This document shows, one piece after another, positions 51,247-64,000 of a DNA stretch of 64,000 nucleotides; within the stretch, counting starts at the first letter, position 1; every line of letters begins with the position of its first letter. A program made the translations under genes and the position numbers. The stretch comes from Dendrobates tinctorius (Eukaryota), in the NCBI RefSeq assembly GCF_039654945.1, contig NW_027361825.1, positions 2,542,001-2,606,000 of the forward strand, read 5' to 3'. The notes below the pieces were generated by a model. That model saw only the letters and a program-made list of their open reading frames with translations. It was not told the origin of the DNA and made no database searches.

Positions 51247-54200
51247 TTTAAGCAGCTGCTGAGATGCAGTACGCAGGGATTGCAGAGCAGAATGGTATAA
51301 CAATACTATTTATTTTTTTAACAGTAAAAGATAAAGTAATCACCTCGCAGGGAGTTAATAGGCAGTGGCAAAGAGTTATTAGGGCAACAAGGATTAAATA
51401 AAATAAGCAAAAAGAGTGTGACAGCCTAAGTTTCAAGCAACACTTATCGTAGCTCCTGGTGAGGTCCTTAGGCTGTGTGCCCACGTTGCGTTTTTTTAAG
51501 CATTTCCGCAGCGCTTTTAGACGCGCATTTCTGCTGCGGAAACACTTTAGAAAAGCACCCATGGAAACATAATGGAATCCGCACATGTTGTGCTAATGGT
51601 GCGTTTTTTTCCTCTGCGGAAACGCTAAGCGGAAAAAAACGCAGCATGTTCATTAATTTTGCAGAAACGCGTGCATTTCCGCATACATTCAACTGTATTG
51701 CAAAAATGCATAGGAAAACGCATGCTAAAACGCTTAACAAAAGCGTCAAAAACGGTTACAAAATTGCTTCATAAAAAGCATGCGTTTTCCCGGGAAGAGG
51801 GTGTGCGTTTCCACTCAGGAATATTCTGCATGAAAAACGCTACGTGGGCACATAGCCTAAGTCTACAGTCCGATGGGGGTACTAATATCGGCAACGGCCG
51901 GCGTAGGGTCCTCCAATGGGGTCCAAGGTTAGCAATCCATCTTCTGGCGGCAGCGAGCAGTCTCCGGTTTTACCCACTGAGCCCCAAGTCTATAAGCCCG
52001 CGCAATAAAAGGAGGAAAAACTGCAGAAGTCTCTGTGAAAGGTAACAAGCAGGAACGCGGGATGCAGTGACGGGGCACAGGCAGATCAAGGGTTAACAGG
52101 TTTATTTACAGGGGAATACTCCACGTAGGGAGGTAAAGGGTTAAACAGCATCAATGGAAAAGGATGTAGGGAGACAAAGGGTTATACAGGGGAGACAAAC
52201 AGTAGATAAAATCAAAGGATATCTTGAGGTGGAGAACAACGTTTAAATAAGGGAAGTCCTTAAACTGCAGCTCCTGCTGAAAACTCAATGGCGCCGGAAA
52301 TGGCTGGCACAGTGTCCTCTCCAGTGGGGTTAGGCAAAAGACAATACCCCGTCTTCTGGTAAAAGTGGTCGGTCTCTGCACGCGCACAGCCCTATGCTTA
52401 ACCGGGAGCACAGCGCTTCCCACACTCACTGTTCCGCTGGAGGGCTCAGGAGTACTCGGCCGCAGTATGTCGTGGCGCTGCTGCTCAGAGCGGAGAGCAC
52501 GCTTCTCCCTCCCCTGCACGTTCTCTGACAGCGGGAAACTGCCTGCCGCTTTGCGCGTTTTCTGCTCTGTCCTACCTCTTAACACGCACCCTTTTTCCGG
52601 GTCGTGTGATTTGTCCGGTCCCCTATTCCTTCCCCCGGGCAACATGGTACGCAGCCCCGACAGTTCCGGACCCGGCTCAGCGCAAGCACCCGCAGCTCAG
52701 TCTTCCTTATTACACTCCTCTCCTTTAGCTCGCCGTTACACAGGCAAGAATTCCTTCAGCAGACGTTCACACTCTTCTATTTCTTGAACAATACGCTGCC
52801 AAACAAACTGATCTTGATCATAACGAGTGGGAGGGATTCCACCTGTCGTCCGTTCAGTACGGCGTAGCTCAGGTTGAGTGGTGGAATCAGGATGAGTAGT
52901 AGAAGACGGGAGCATGTCTGAGTGCAATGGATCAGCTGATTCTGGGGTTTGGGGCCTATGCACTTCCCTTGGACTGGCGTGCGGCGGACTTTCTATGTCT
53001 GGGAGTGAGCCAAGTGATTCGTCCTCATCACAGTCGGGGACCGTGGGGGTGAGCATTTCGGTGGTGTCTTGCACTCCTCTTCTTCGGGATCCCGTGACAG
53101 GCAAGGACACAACATGCTGCGGTGAACTATTCGGGTCAGCGCCCCTTCTTCCCCTTCAGGTTGAACTTCATACACTGGCCCACCGGACCCAACTCGACAT
53201 TTTGCCCGATATGGAGTCTTTTTCTAAGGCTGAGAGCGACTCTTCAATTCGGGGTAAAGGATAGGAGTCCCGCACCGTACAAGCATTCAGCCGCCTACAT
53301 ATACAAAAACGCAGGGTCCCATCTTTCTTCCGAACTAGGACAATGGGAACTGACAACGGGCTCTGGCTCTCCCTTATGATTCCACTGTGCAGCTTGTGTG
53401 CCAACATTTCTTTTACTTCTTTGTACATTTGAGGCAGTATCTGTCGGTACCTCTCCCGTATCGGTGCGGCACTTGCTGTGGGTATCTCATGGGTTATGGC
53501 TTTAGTGCACCCGAAGTCATCCTCATGACGGGCGAAGACATCCTGATAACGTTCCAGGACAGCTTCCACCTGTTGCACCTGCTGCTGTGAGAGTCCTGTT
53601 AATTCATCCTGCATTTGCTTCAGAATTCGGCGCCCCTCCTTTGTGTTTCCAGGCGATTGCTCAGGGGTCAGGGTGACCGCTACAGTCCATGGGTCTCCCT
53701 ATTTCACTGCCAACTGGACAGCCTTCGGGTGGTATCAACTCTTCCGGCATTCCCAGCACATTTGCCACTTCACTTTTGGACTCGCTGATCAAGAGGGTTC
53801 CGAGTTCTTTTAGCACATTCATTCCTAGCACTGGAGGGCCATTGCTGTTTTCTTCGGCGGTCAGCACGACTCCCTTCAGGCCCACATCTTTGCCGCACAC
53901 TGTAATTTGCATCCGGACCACCTCTGCGACTGGGGTGGGCAACTGATTGGCCACGGTCAGCTTGATCACCGGGCCCCACTCCGGCCGCGTCACCTCAGGA
54001 AAATGACGTCTGAAATATGCTTCCGGCATGGTGGTCACCTGGGAACCGGTATCGACTAGGCAGCGGATGGCTCGACCATTCATTTCAGCCCATACAAGAG
54101 GACTCACAGAAATCAAACTTTCAGAACTGGCTTCTCTCTTCTTTGGCCTTTCAGGCTCCGGGCGGCGTCCACCAGCCACGGAGCCCACTAGTTTAATCTC

Positions 54201-56016
54201 GCGCAGCCTCGGGCATAATGTCCAGCGTCCCCACACTTGAAACAAGTTGGATGTCTCTTAGCTCGGGATTGTTCCCTTTCCTGGCAGGGTACAATGGGCA
54301 AGTGGAACTCTGTGTCACTTCTGTATCTGGACGGATTTGAAGCCACGGTGGGGTCTGTCCTGAGGCTAGACCATTCTTCCCACATTTCCAGTATTACTTT
54401 CCGAATCTCTCGGTCCCATTCTGACTCTGCTGCGGGCAAGGTGGGTACCTCATTACTCCGAACCATACCTGCCGAGGCTGCTGTCCCCTGCTCTTGCTCT
54501 CGCACGCACGCTTCTGCCCCATTCTCCAGAAACGTCATGCACGGATTGGTACGCAGGCGCTCACGCTACAAGTTGATCCCTCAGAATCACATCAGAAGGT
54601 CCCACGCCCACATTATCCCACTTAGCGATCACTTCTTGTAGCGCACTCATATATTGCGTCACAGATTCGCCCTCTCTCTGAACACTGCTAAACAATCGCA
54701 TCCGCAACTCTTTGATATCAGTGGGATCCCCATGCATCTCTTCCAAAATTTTAACACATTAGTAAAGGTGTCCCGTTCATGAGGGGGCCGAAACATCTAG
54801 CCTCCCCATCTAGGGCCATCATAGCAATCTCTGCTTGCATAGCGGGGGTCATTGGGGCATTCTCAATATGCCTTTAACCCACTCAGTCCAGTCCCACAGC
54901 AGTGAATTACTCCCTGTAATCTTTACTCTGCAAAGGAATATGTGGATTTCGTCCGCGCTGTCCGACTTGTGGATCTGCAGCAGCCCTTATCTATACATGC
55001 TTTGAATACCTACTACCAGGTGAGCAGTTTTCTGTCAAACCGCTTACTTTATTTGTGGGATAAGACCCTATATTGCGCTTGTGTCTCCCTCTTTCCTCAC
55101 AATCCCTGTAAACTTTAGGAGATTGCTGAGCACGGCCCCCAGGAGTAAACTGGTCCTTGGGGCACCCATAACCATCTTGTCTGCTGCCTCTGCGTTCGTA
55201 GACTGCATCCTGCCGACTACGCCAAATGTAAACAGGTGCTGAGATGCTGTACGCAGGGATTGCAGAGCAGAACGGCATAACAGTACAATTTATTTTTTTA
55301 ACAGTAAAGGATAAAGTAATCATGCAGGGAGTTAATAAGCAGTGGCAAAGAGTTATTAGGACAACAAGGATTAAATGAAAGAAGCAGAATGAGTGTAACA
55401 GTCTTAAGTTTCAAGCAACACTTATTGTAGCTCCTGGTGGGGTCCTTAGTCCACAGTCCGATGGGGGATGTAATACCGGCATCGGCCGGCGTAGGGTCGT
55501 TCAATGGGGTCCAAGGTTAGCGATCTGTCTTCTGGTGGCAGCGGGCGGTCTCCGGTTTTACCCACTGAGCCCCTAGTCCATAAACCCGCGCAATCAAAGC
55601 TGGAAAAACTGCAGAAGTCTCTGTACCAACCGTGGGGTGATGCGTGCTAGCCGGCCAAGGGACCCGCACTTCAATTTCCTGTAACCGGCCCATGATTCTC
55701 TGCATGCCATATGCTTAGCCGGGCGCACAGCGCTTCCCACACTCACTGTCCCACTGGAGCGCTCAGGATATCTCAGCCGTAGTGTGGCGCTGGTGCTCGG
55801 AGCGGGGAATACACTTCTCCCTCCCACTCTCCCTGACTGCCGGAAACTGCCTTCGCACCCTTTCTGCTCTGTCCTACCTCTTAACACGCCACCTCTTTCC
55901 GGGTCATGGGGTTTGTCCGGTCCTCTATTCCTTCCTCTGGGCAACATGGGACACAGCCCTGACAGTTCTGGACCCGGGTCAGCGCAAGCCCCCACAGCCC
56001 GGTCTTCCTCCTTACA
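51247..56016 (-). mobile_element. Internally deleted Gypsy LTR retrotransposon in ZNF-B intron 3
   Basis: Diverged LTRs 55227-56016 and 51247-52714; PBS TGGCGTAGTCGGCAGGAT (tRNA-Ser) at 55224-55207; PPT at 52726-52715; gag CCHC (CFKCGDAGHYARGC), protease LVDTGSQVT, RT start PIVLVRKKDGTLRFC..YPLPRIEE; TSD ACATG/ACACG. Confidence 0.9.
51471..51857. mobile_element. PIF/Harbinger-type MITE inserted in one LTR
   Basis: TIR GGCTGTGTGCCCACGT / ACGTGGGCACATAGCC; TTA/TAA flanks; the other LTR shows the empty site GTCCTTAGTC. Confidence 0.85.
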
Positions 56017-56379
56017 ACACGTTCAGTCTTTTGTCATTTCTTTTAACCACTTTAGGCTTCGAAAGGCGGGAAGGAGCTAAAAAAAAAAAAGCGAGCAGTT
56101 AAATGTTCAGGCAACTTCTAAATGGCAAAATATCTTATTTATAAAATAAAAAAGAGCTGCAAAAAGCGGTAAGAGACGACAAAGAAGACCCTTCAGGAAA
56201 AACACTGACATTGTTTTCCTATAGCATCTTTTGCTTTTAATGCGTCTACGAGGCTATGGGCAAGTTCCCTTGTTCGGCTCTGATATTTCAGCACAGTTTG
56301 GCGGTGTCACCTGAGCACTGTGTGTATAGGAACTAACTAGATTCCAGCTTTCATTTTTCCTCTGCAGATTACAAAACAG

Positions 56380-56679
56380 GCGAGTATTGAGCGAGTGTGC
56401 TGGGATAAGGTGTTATCAGAGTATGCTCATGTCCTAATCAAGTATTTTCGGCATGCTCGAGCCACTGCTGCTGCATGTCTCCTGGCTGTTCGACAGCAGC
56501 ACCACATCCATGAATTGCTTGTTTGTTAGGCAATCCCTGCATGTGTTGCGTCTGTCGAACATCTGTCAGACAAGCAGCTGCGGCGACTGGAACATTTTTT
56601 TCGAGCACGCCGAAAAATACTCGATAAGGACATGAGTATGCTCGGATAACGGCTTATCCCGGCACACTCGCTCATCACT
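56380..56679. mobile_element. Short palindromic hAT-type MITE
   Basis: TGAGCGAGTGTGC...GCACACTCGCTCATCACTA inverted termini; internal fold-back symmetry. Confidence 0.65.
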
Positions 56680-56958
56680 ACAAGGCGAGTTGTAGCCATG
56701 AATGATGCCGTTCATTTTACCAATTAATTTTTTTTTTTTTTTTTTTACTAAAACCACGATCTTCTATGGGCTTGTGCTTATAATTTTTTTTTTTTTTTTT
56801 GTGCTTTACATGAGTAGCACGCCACGACAACCCATGATATCAAGTGTTCAATTTTCCTGCAGCGCCACCATAGGAGAAAGGAAACATTACATCAGGTCTG
56901 TTTATTGTTGGGGAGGTGGACATAGAAAATAATGGTTTCTATTTTTTTTCCCCAACAG

Positions 56959-57836
56959 ATGTCATCCTGAGCCAAGAGTGCAGCTATCTCTCTCCACCTT
57001 CATATTGTAAAGAAGAATGTGACATTACTCAGGACTGTTATGAGGAATTCACTCTTACTTCCGATCTACCTCCATTAATCCACAGCGAAGATCTCCCGTC
57101 TGATCTCGTTTCCCTAGAAGAACCTTCATCTGATCATTCACCAATTTCATGGTCTGACGTTGGAAATGATTTCACAATGAAGTCTCATTTGTCCATGCAG
57201 AAGACAAGCCAGAAAAACGATAGAAAATATTCCTGTTCAGTATGCGGGAAGTGTTTTACAAATAAGCCAAATTTTGTGGAACATCAGAGAATTCACACTG
57301 GGGAGAAGCCGTACTCATGTCTCGAATGTGGGAAATGTTTTACCTGGCGATCAAATCTCGGGGAACATCAGAAGGTGCACACAGGAGTGAAGCCACATTC
57401 CTGCCTGGTTTGTGGAAAATGTTTTTCCTCTAAATCACATCTTGTGGAACATCAGAGAATCCACACCGGGGAGAAACCATATTCATGCACAGAATGTGGG
57501 AAAAGTTTTGCAATTAGATCCAATCTTGTGGAGCATCAGAAAACTCACACAGGGGAACGGCCATTTTCTTGTTTGCAGTGTGGCAAAAGTTTTACAAGGA
57601 AACCAGACTTGGTGAGACATCAGAAAATTCACACCGGGGAGAAGCCGTATTCATGTTTGGAATGTGGGAAGTGCTTTTCCTTAAAATCCAATCTTGCTGA
57701 ACATCAAAAAGTTCACACGAGGGAGCGGCCGTATTCATGTTCAGAATGTGGGAGAAGTTTTTCTAAGAAATCGAATTTAGTAGAACATCAAAAAATTTAC
57801 GCTGGGAGAAACCATTTTCTTCTTCATACTTTATGA
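56959..57836 (+). CDS. ZNF-B last exon: linker plus 6 intact and 1 degenerate C2H2 fingers
   Basis: TTTTTTTTCCCCAACAG acceptor, phase 1, in frame with exon 3; HTGEKPYSC linkers; last finger has His changed to Tyr. Confidence 0.92.
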
Positions 57837-59128
57837 TATAAGATCACATCAATGGATTCTACAGGATTCACATTAAAATGGCCATAGACATAAAATTTGA
57901 TGTGAGATTGGCCAACTATCTAATAGATGCAGCTCAATGATTCCCTTTCGGCACGGAGGATCGAGCTTTTAGGATTCCACATTCCCAATACTTTGTTGCC
58001 TTGTGAGATGAGATGTTGCCATAGGTGTCTGGCAGCAACATATTGTAATAGTTGTGGGGACCTCAGGGGTGGAAGGTTTTTGTTTAAACCTCAGAAGATG
58101 CCATTGGTTGAGTTCATATCTAATGACCCCATAATTAATAGTAAAAAGTAGCCCCTTCATCCCACTGCCGCGAGCTAAACCCATCTGCACAATGGAGTGG
58201 CAATACGAACGCTCGACCGCTGCCACATTCATTCCCTACATGACGTCCAAGCGCTGCACTAAGCATTTTATGGCAGCCGTACAGAAGATGTATGGAACAG
58301 CGATCACTCATCCAACTTGTCACCCCATTTTAACTGGGATAAATGTACCCCGATCGGAAAGAGTCTGCGAGTTCAGATATCTAATGATCAGTAACTTTTT
58401 ACAGGACAAGCCCTTTAAGGTACATACCATTATGTTAGAGGGCACAAATAGTGCGTCAACACAAAATGCGATTTTACAGAAAATTACAGCAGTTCTTATG
58501 TGCACTTTTTCTTCACGTAATAGTTACAGATATAACGCATTTTAATGAGTTTTACCAGTAATTTTTCACAGACAAACAAGACATAAAAAAGGGTAAAGTA
58601 GCTACAAATTAGCATGTCAGAATACATGGTGATAGGGCATGACGGTAATTACGACAGCAAGGTTCCTTGTGGGATAAGCATGTCCTGGTTGACACAGTCC
58701 CACCATGAAATAATCATCAGATGATACAGGTTGATGGCGGAGCCTTAAGCAGTGCTGATGGCCGAATCATTTAAGTTATTGTCTATGAGGAAACAGCATA
58801 TGGTGGCGAAAGAGTAGGATGGTGGAGGGCAGAATCTCCTTAGTTTCCGACCATTGACAAGGGCAGAGACCAAGTGTAACAGCAGCTCAAGCCATAAGGA
58901 CTGACCACCGCTCTTCTACCCCGAGCTCAACAGCCTCGTATCCTCATGTCTTTGAGGGTGAGGTGAGTGCGGAAATCACGGTCCATGCATGGATGTCTGA
59001 ATTCAGCCAGCTCCCGTATTTGGAGGGATCGTCATAAATCCATCTTTTTGTTGTTGAATTGTTCTGGTTTTGTACTAATAAATTGACTCTGCTGTCACAC
59101 TTTATCTGCTTTTTATCTATGTTTTACG

Positions 59129-62100
59129 CAGGGCTGTGGAGTCGGTAAGCCAAACCTCCGACTCCTCAATTTCCCTGACTCCAACTCCCTCATACATGGC
59201 TCATTTGTAAGTGATCCATTTACTGTAGTAAAATGGTAACATCAGGCTTTTCATCACCATTATGATACAATAATCAAGCTATTTAGATAGAACCTAAAAT
59301 ATATTTATTGAAATACAACTTTAGAACACAAAAACGGTAATAAATAGTAAATTTGCAATACACTATGCAGTAAGTGGGGAGAAAACAGTATTCAACAAAA
59401 ACGTACTGAATATGTTCTGAGAAATAGTTTCGCCTCCATCAGATCCTCCTTCATAGATGACCTGAAATCTGATATAATTATTAAGGCTAGAGAACAACCT
59501 CTCTACACTAACTTGGGTTGGAGGCAAAGCTGTAACCACATGGGCAACATCTCTAACAATTTCCGGGTATAAAGGAATTGCCTCATGCACAGTCTGTTTT
59601 GATGAACGGTTGAACCCTTCTACTTCTTTGACAGCAAGTAAAATTTTGCAGAAATCTGGCTAATCTGTTTGACCTACAAAGATATCTGGGGGGCAGTGAA
59701 AATGTTCAAACGGATGGGAAAAGTGGTGAATGAAGGAGAATTTCGGGGAAGACCCCTGGACGCATCTCTGACTCCCAGATTGCTGCTGAGAACAATGAGG
59801 TCACACTTTTACTCCACTTTTAGGACTGACAATAAAACATTCCAAACCGACGAGAAATTGGAGTTTACAGGGAAAAAAAATGTTAAACTTTTTTTCTGGT
59901 ATAATGACTTGTATATAAGGCAAATTTATGAAGGAAGTAAGACCTGGCAAAAATTAGGGACTCAGAGGGATGCAGATACACCCCGTATTAGACATAAAGG
60001 AGCCTCATACACATTCTGCTCACATTGTCATGTATTAGTCTCCTAGACTCATCAAGGTTATACACTGTTAAGGTTTATATAGCAAGGAAATGTATGGACC
60101 ATGGATTAGTCTATGGGTGCGATATAATACCGATAAATTTTGGGCAAGTTTTCTTGAGGCTTATATAGAAGCAAAATGTACTCAAAAATATGTAAAAGTC
60201 TATGGATGAGCAATATATTATAACATTCAATCCTTTAATATGTTTTTTTAAGGGTTATACGAGTATAGCAACAAAATGTACCCAAGAACACGCAATACTG
60301 TATGGCTGAAAAATGTAACCCAACTAAATTTTTAACCTTTTTTTTCCCGTGTTATATATCAAAAAAATATACCACAGAACATGGAATAGTGTATGGGTAA
60401 GAAATATGAAGAAACAAGCAACATTTTTAAACACTTTTTTTGTAAGTGTTATATACCACAAAATATGACAGAAAGCACGTAATACTCTATGGATGAGTAA
60501 TCTAACCCAGAAATATTTTTCTACGCTTTTTGTTAGTTTTACATACCACCGTAAGGCAACAATTTCCATTAAAGTGTATGTATGAGTCATTGAATCCATT
60601 AAAAAAATTTTAATGAAAATATTTAGAAAGTGTAGTTGGTGTACTTATACACTCATAAAGGCATTGCAGAAAGTGCAAAGCCAGACAAAAATTATGAAGC
60701 GGTTCATCCATAGACCCCTGAAAGGCAACAACTGGCGACCTTCATTCAAATATTTTTAAAGTGTAGTTGCTGCAGTCCTACACTCATAAAGGCTTTGCAC
60801 AAAGTACAAAGCCAGGATAAAATTATAAGCAGGGTAATACAATAATCTTCAGGTGTCTGCTTTTTTCTCCTTGCTCTTGAAGCTGAAGGGACTAAATCCA
60901 CTTGCTTCCTGGTGCCCGATTCCCAGGTGTCAGGGCTGTAAGTGACCCTGCTTCAGGCAGTGCCGGAGCCCCCGACATCTAGAAATAGGCAACGACCCCC
61001 TGGGTCACCTGTAGCATCGGCTGCACACACATAGGAGGTAAGGAACCCCAACGACATATGCTCTCTTGGGGGTGGTAGTAACCCTGTCTTGAGCCACCTC
61101 AAGGAGCCTCTCTGAGACCCGGTCATTCCTCATGAAGAGTTCATCATGCTCTCTTCCTTCTGGGATCACACCCACTGCATACCAGTGATGTTGCCCCTCC
61201 ATTTTGAGGACCGTGACCCTAGTTGCAGCCTTCGAGGCAAGTATTCTGTCTCTACTGCCCGATGGTTGAACGAGATGTGATGACGGGTTCCTAAGTCTTC
61301 AATGGACACCCTTCTCCACTGATTGTCATAATTACCACCTCCCAGGATGCCAACTCTTGGTCCTTACGGCTAGCAGGTTTTTGCCATCCTTGTCGCCCAT
61401 TAGACACGTTACACTGTATGGATGACTAATTGAATACAGTAAAAAATTCTAACACTTTTTTTGAGTGTTATAAATTGTAGAAATGTACCCCAGACCACGT
61501 AATACTGTACAGCTGAGAAATATATCCCTACAAAATTTTTAAACGCTTTTTTTCCAGTTTTATAGATCACAGGAAATGTCCCCCAGACTACAGAATAGTG
61601 AATGGATGAGAACTGTAATCCAGCCAATTTATTTTTTACTTTCTTTTGTAGTGTTAGATAATATTACAGAAATTTAAACCAGACCATGGAATAGTATATG
61701 GTTGAGAGATGAAATCCAGCTAATTTTTTAGCGCTACTTTGGAGTGTTAGATTTTTTAATGCTTTTTTTTTTAAATTTTATAGATCACAGGAAATGTTCC
61801 CCAGACCACATAATACTGTATAGGTGACAAATTTCAGCCTGCTAAATTTCTGAATGCTTTTTTGGAGTGATATATACAGTATATATATTAATCTAGAACA
61901 CAGAATAGTGTATGGGTAAGAAATTTAACCCACCAAATTTTTTTAACGATTTTTTTGTGCTATATAACAAAACAAAAGTACCACAAATCATGTAATACTC
62001 GATGGATCAAAGTATATTAAAAAATTTTCACCCCCGCTTCAGCTATATAATTGCCAAAGGACTGCACAGGCTTAATACCTGTTTACAGACTAGATTCTTA

Positions 62101-64000
62101 TGAGTAAGACGCTGTCGAGTCGAAACGCGTAAATGCCTGCCTTCACCATGGTTTTTTTAACCTGTTTTCTGCTTTTGGATTTTTTAATGAAGATTTCTCA
62201 ATAAAGACTTTATTTTTAAGTAAGATGTGCTGGAATATTTGGATCCTAGATTCTGTCACTCTCCCTGCTCCTGTGACTCGCCCTCCCTAGGCCAAATACA
62301 GATTGTATGTGATAGAAACAATTAGCCCTCAGAAGGGCTGTTAGTATGATGGCTTAGCTTCAGCACCAGTATCAACACTATATGCCTATGATTTGTTATA
62401 CTGTGCACACACAGTAATACTACAACCAAGATGGCTACGTATTACAGTGACTCACAGGCAATGACCGCATGCTTATTGGCTGCGTAACAGGCACCAAAGA
62501 TGTGGGGCGGGGATTCAACTTTTACATTGAGCAACGCTTATTACTTGCTGAGTAACAAGCACATCGGAGCACCGTGATACTCGAATGATAACCCAGTATC
62601 CCCAAGCACGTTCGCTCATCCCTAGTGATGAATCAATTCCTTCAATTCAGTCACCTGTGTCCATTGACCTTTATTTAGTGTTACCTGGGGTTTGGCCATG
62701 TCTGCCAGAAAGGGTTCAGCTCAAGCAATTGCATAATCATTTAATAAGTGCTGCCCCACTGAGTGACTTGATCCACAATTGCCCCTTTTCCAACACGTCT
62801 CTTCAAGATGGAATCAATTTTAGGGGTTCTGGCAGCAATAACCAATTTCCTTACTTTGCCCATCAGAGTTCCAGCATGTCCCTCTTGCAGACTTATTGCC
62901 AGCTGCAACGTGTGCACAACACAGCGCATGTGATGAGCATGAGAAAGATGATCTTGTTGAAGCTGCTTCAAAGCTGATTACTAAATATAATTTTGCTGTT
63001 CTTCTGGAGTAATATCTATTTGTTCCTCAGTTACAACTGTGACCTTCCATCTCAAACAATACTGAGTCTGACGTTTTCTGACGTTCTCTTCTAGCTGCTG
63101 TTCACCTTATCATGTTTGAAGCATTGTGAGTTAGAATAGCAAGAACCTGTTCTTTTTTGAGTTTATAATCTTCAGAACTTTTTCCACTAAGGCCTGGCTG
63201 CTGTGATGAGCGTTAGTATCTTTTACTGCCAGCATCTTGGTAACAATTTTCTTGTCACAAACAAATCAAGTGTTGATAGCAAAATAGTTCACTCTGATGT
63301 GTGCAGGCATCCATTCTAAGAAATATAAAGCATCTCGAGAGTCTTTTTAAGATCTTCTTTTTGGTCAAGGGCTTCTTCAATCACTATTTTTTTAAATAAT
63401 TTCTCTTCCAGAGAAACACCAAGTTTTCAGCCATTTCTCCATTAAGAGTAGTAAAAGCTGGTCGTGCAAATAATGTTAATGGTACACCGTCCTTCACAAC
63501 AAGCCCTATGAGCTGTCTTTTACACATATCTGCTGTCATTGTTACAGTAACTTTAGTAACTTTGAAACTTACAAAATATCTTGTTAATGATGTTTGAGAT
63601 GCTCTTTCCTCCTCCTTTGCCTGGCACAAAGTGCTGGGCATTTGTTTCTTAGTGTCGCTGTGATCTTTCTCAGTCATAGCTTTGAAAGCCTCTGGGTGTA
63701 AGCGTTGTAAATGTCTTTTTAGATTGGAAGCTCTTGTAGGAGCATTATCACTGCCTGAGTATGCACTGATTTTGAGCTCACAGCATTTGTTTTCATCTGT
63801 CATACACTGACACACAAAATATTTTTTAATCTTCAGTCACTGTGAAATGCTCAATTACAGACAACTTCATAAGAAGCTTCTTAGTCATTTTGTAATACTG
63901 TAAATTCGGTCTAAAAATAATTTTGACCTTTAAAAAAATTAAAAAATAAGGTGTATTGTTATTTCAGCAAGAATAGGAAATCATGTATAATTTTGGATAG
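59129..64000 (-). mobile_element. Decayed hAT transposon (BED finger, CxxH and hATC domains) split by a ~3-kb insertion; other end outside the window
   Basis: TIR CAGGGCTGTGGAGTCGG at 59129; SNLKRHLQRLHP (63384-63815), HMRCVVHTLQL..TQWGSTY (62741-62971), PPTQVSVERLFSSL (59363-59590); ATG at ~63888. Confidence 0.88.
60080..62020. repeat. Degenerate ~93-bp AT-rich tandem repeat in two blocks (~60080-60540, ~61410-62020) inside the insert that splits the hAT
   Basis: AAATGTACCCCAGACCAC...AATACTGTATGGATGAG-type motif recurs about every 90-95 bp. Confidence 0.65.

Overview
Eukaryotic, repeat-dense amphibian (frog-type) genomic DNA; no prokaryotic features. Three host genes can be rebuilt exon by exon. 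(1) The 5' part of atf6b (- strand, five coding exons between 14529 and 879, promoter at ~14.6-15.25 kb). (2, 3) Two head-to-head FAX/KRAB-like C2H2 zinc-finger genes: ZNF-A on - (47115-35168, 480 aa, 8 fingers) and ZNF-B on + (50438-57836, ~417 aa, 6 intact + 1 degenerate finger). The rest is nested mobile DNA: four decayed Tc1 elements, a SCAN-domain Gmr1-type Gypsy element (integrase before RT), a second Gypsy, three solo LTRs, two 5'-complete L1s with TSDs, piggyBac/T2/Harbinger/hAT non-autonomous elements, a split hAT transposase, Penelope-like elements with hammerhead ribozyme (HHR) motifs, and several minisatellites. Three observations stand out. First, a TSD-flanked ~1.67-kb near-perfect palindrome whose axis sits on a hammerhead stem-II-like hairpin. 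Second, a Penelope insert whose host-sense ribozyme copy is core-mutated while the antisense copy is intact. Third, a ~48-copy 73-bp minisatellite made of an amplified splice donor that inflates a 76-bp-type intron to 6.2 kb. All coordinates were read by eye; family assignments rest on motif recognition, not database searches.
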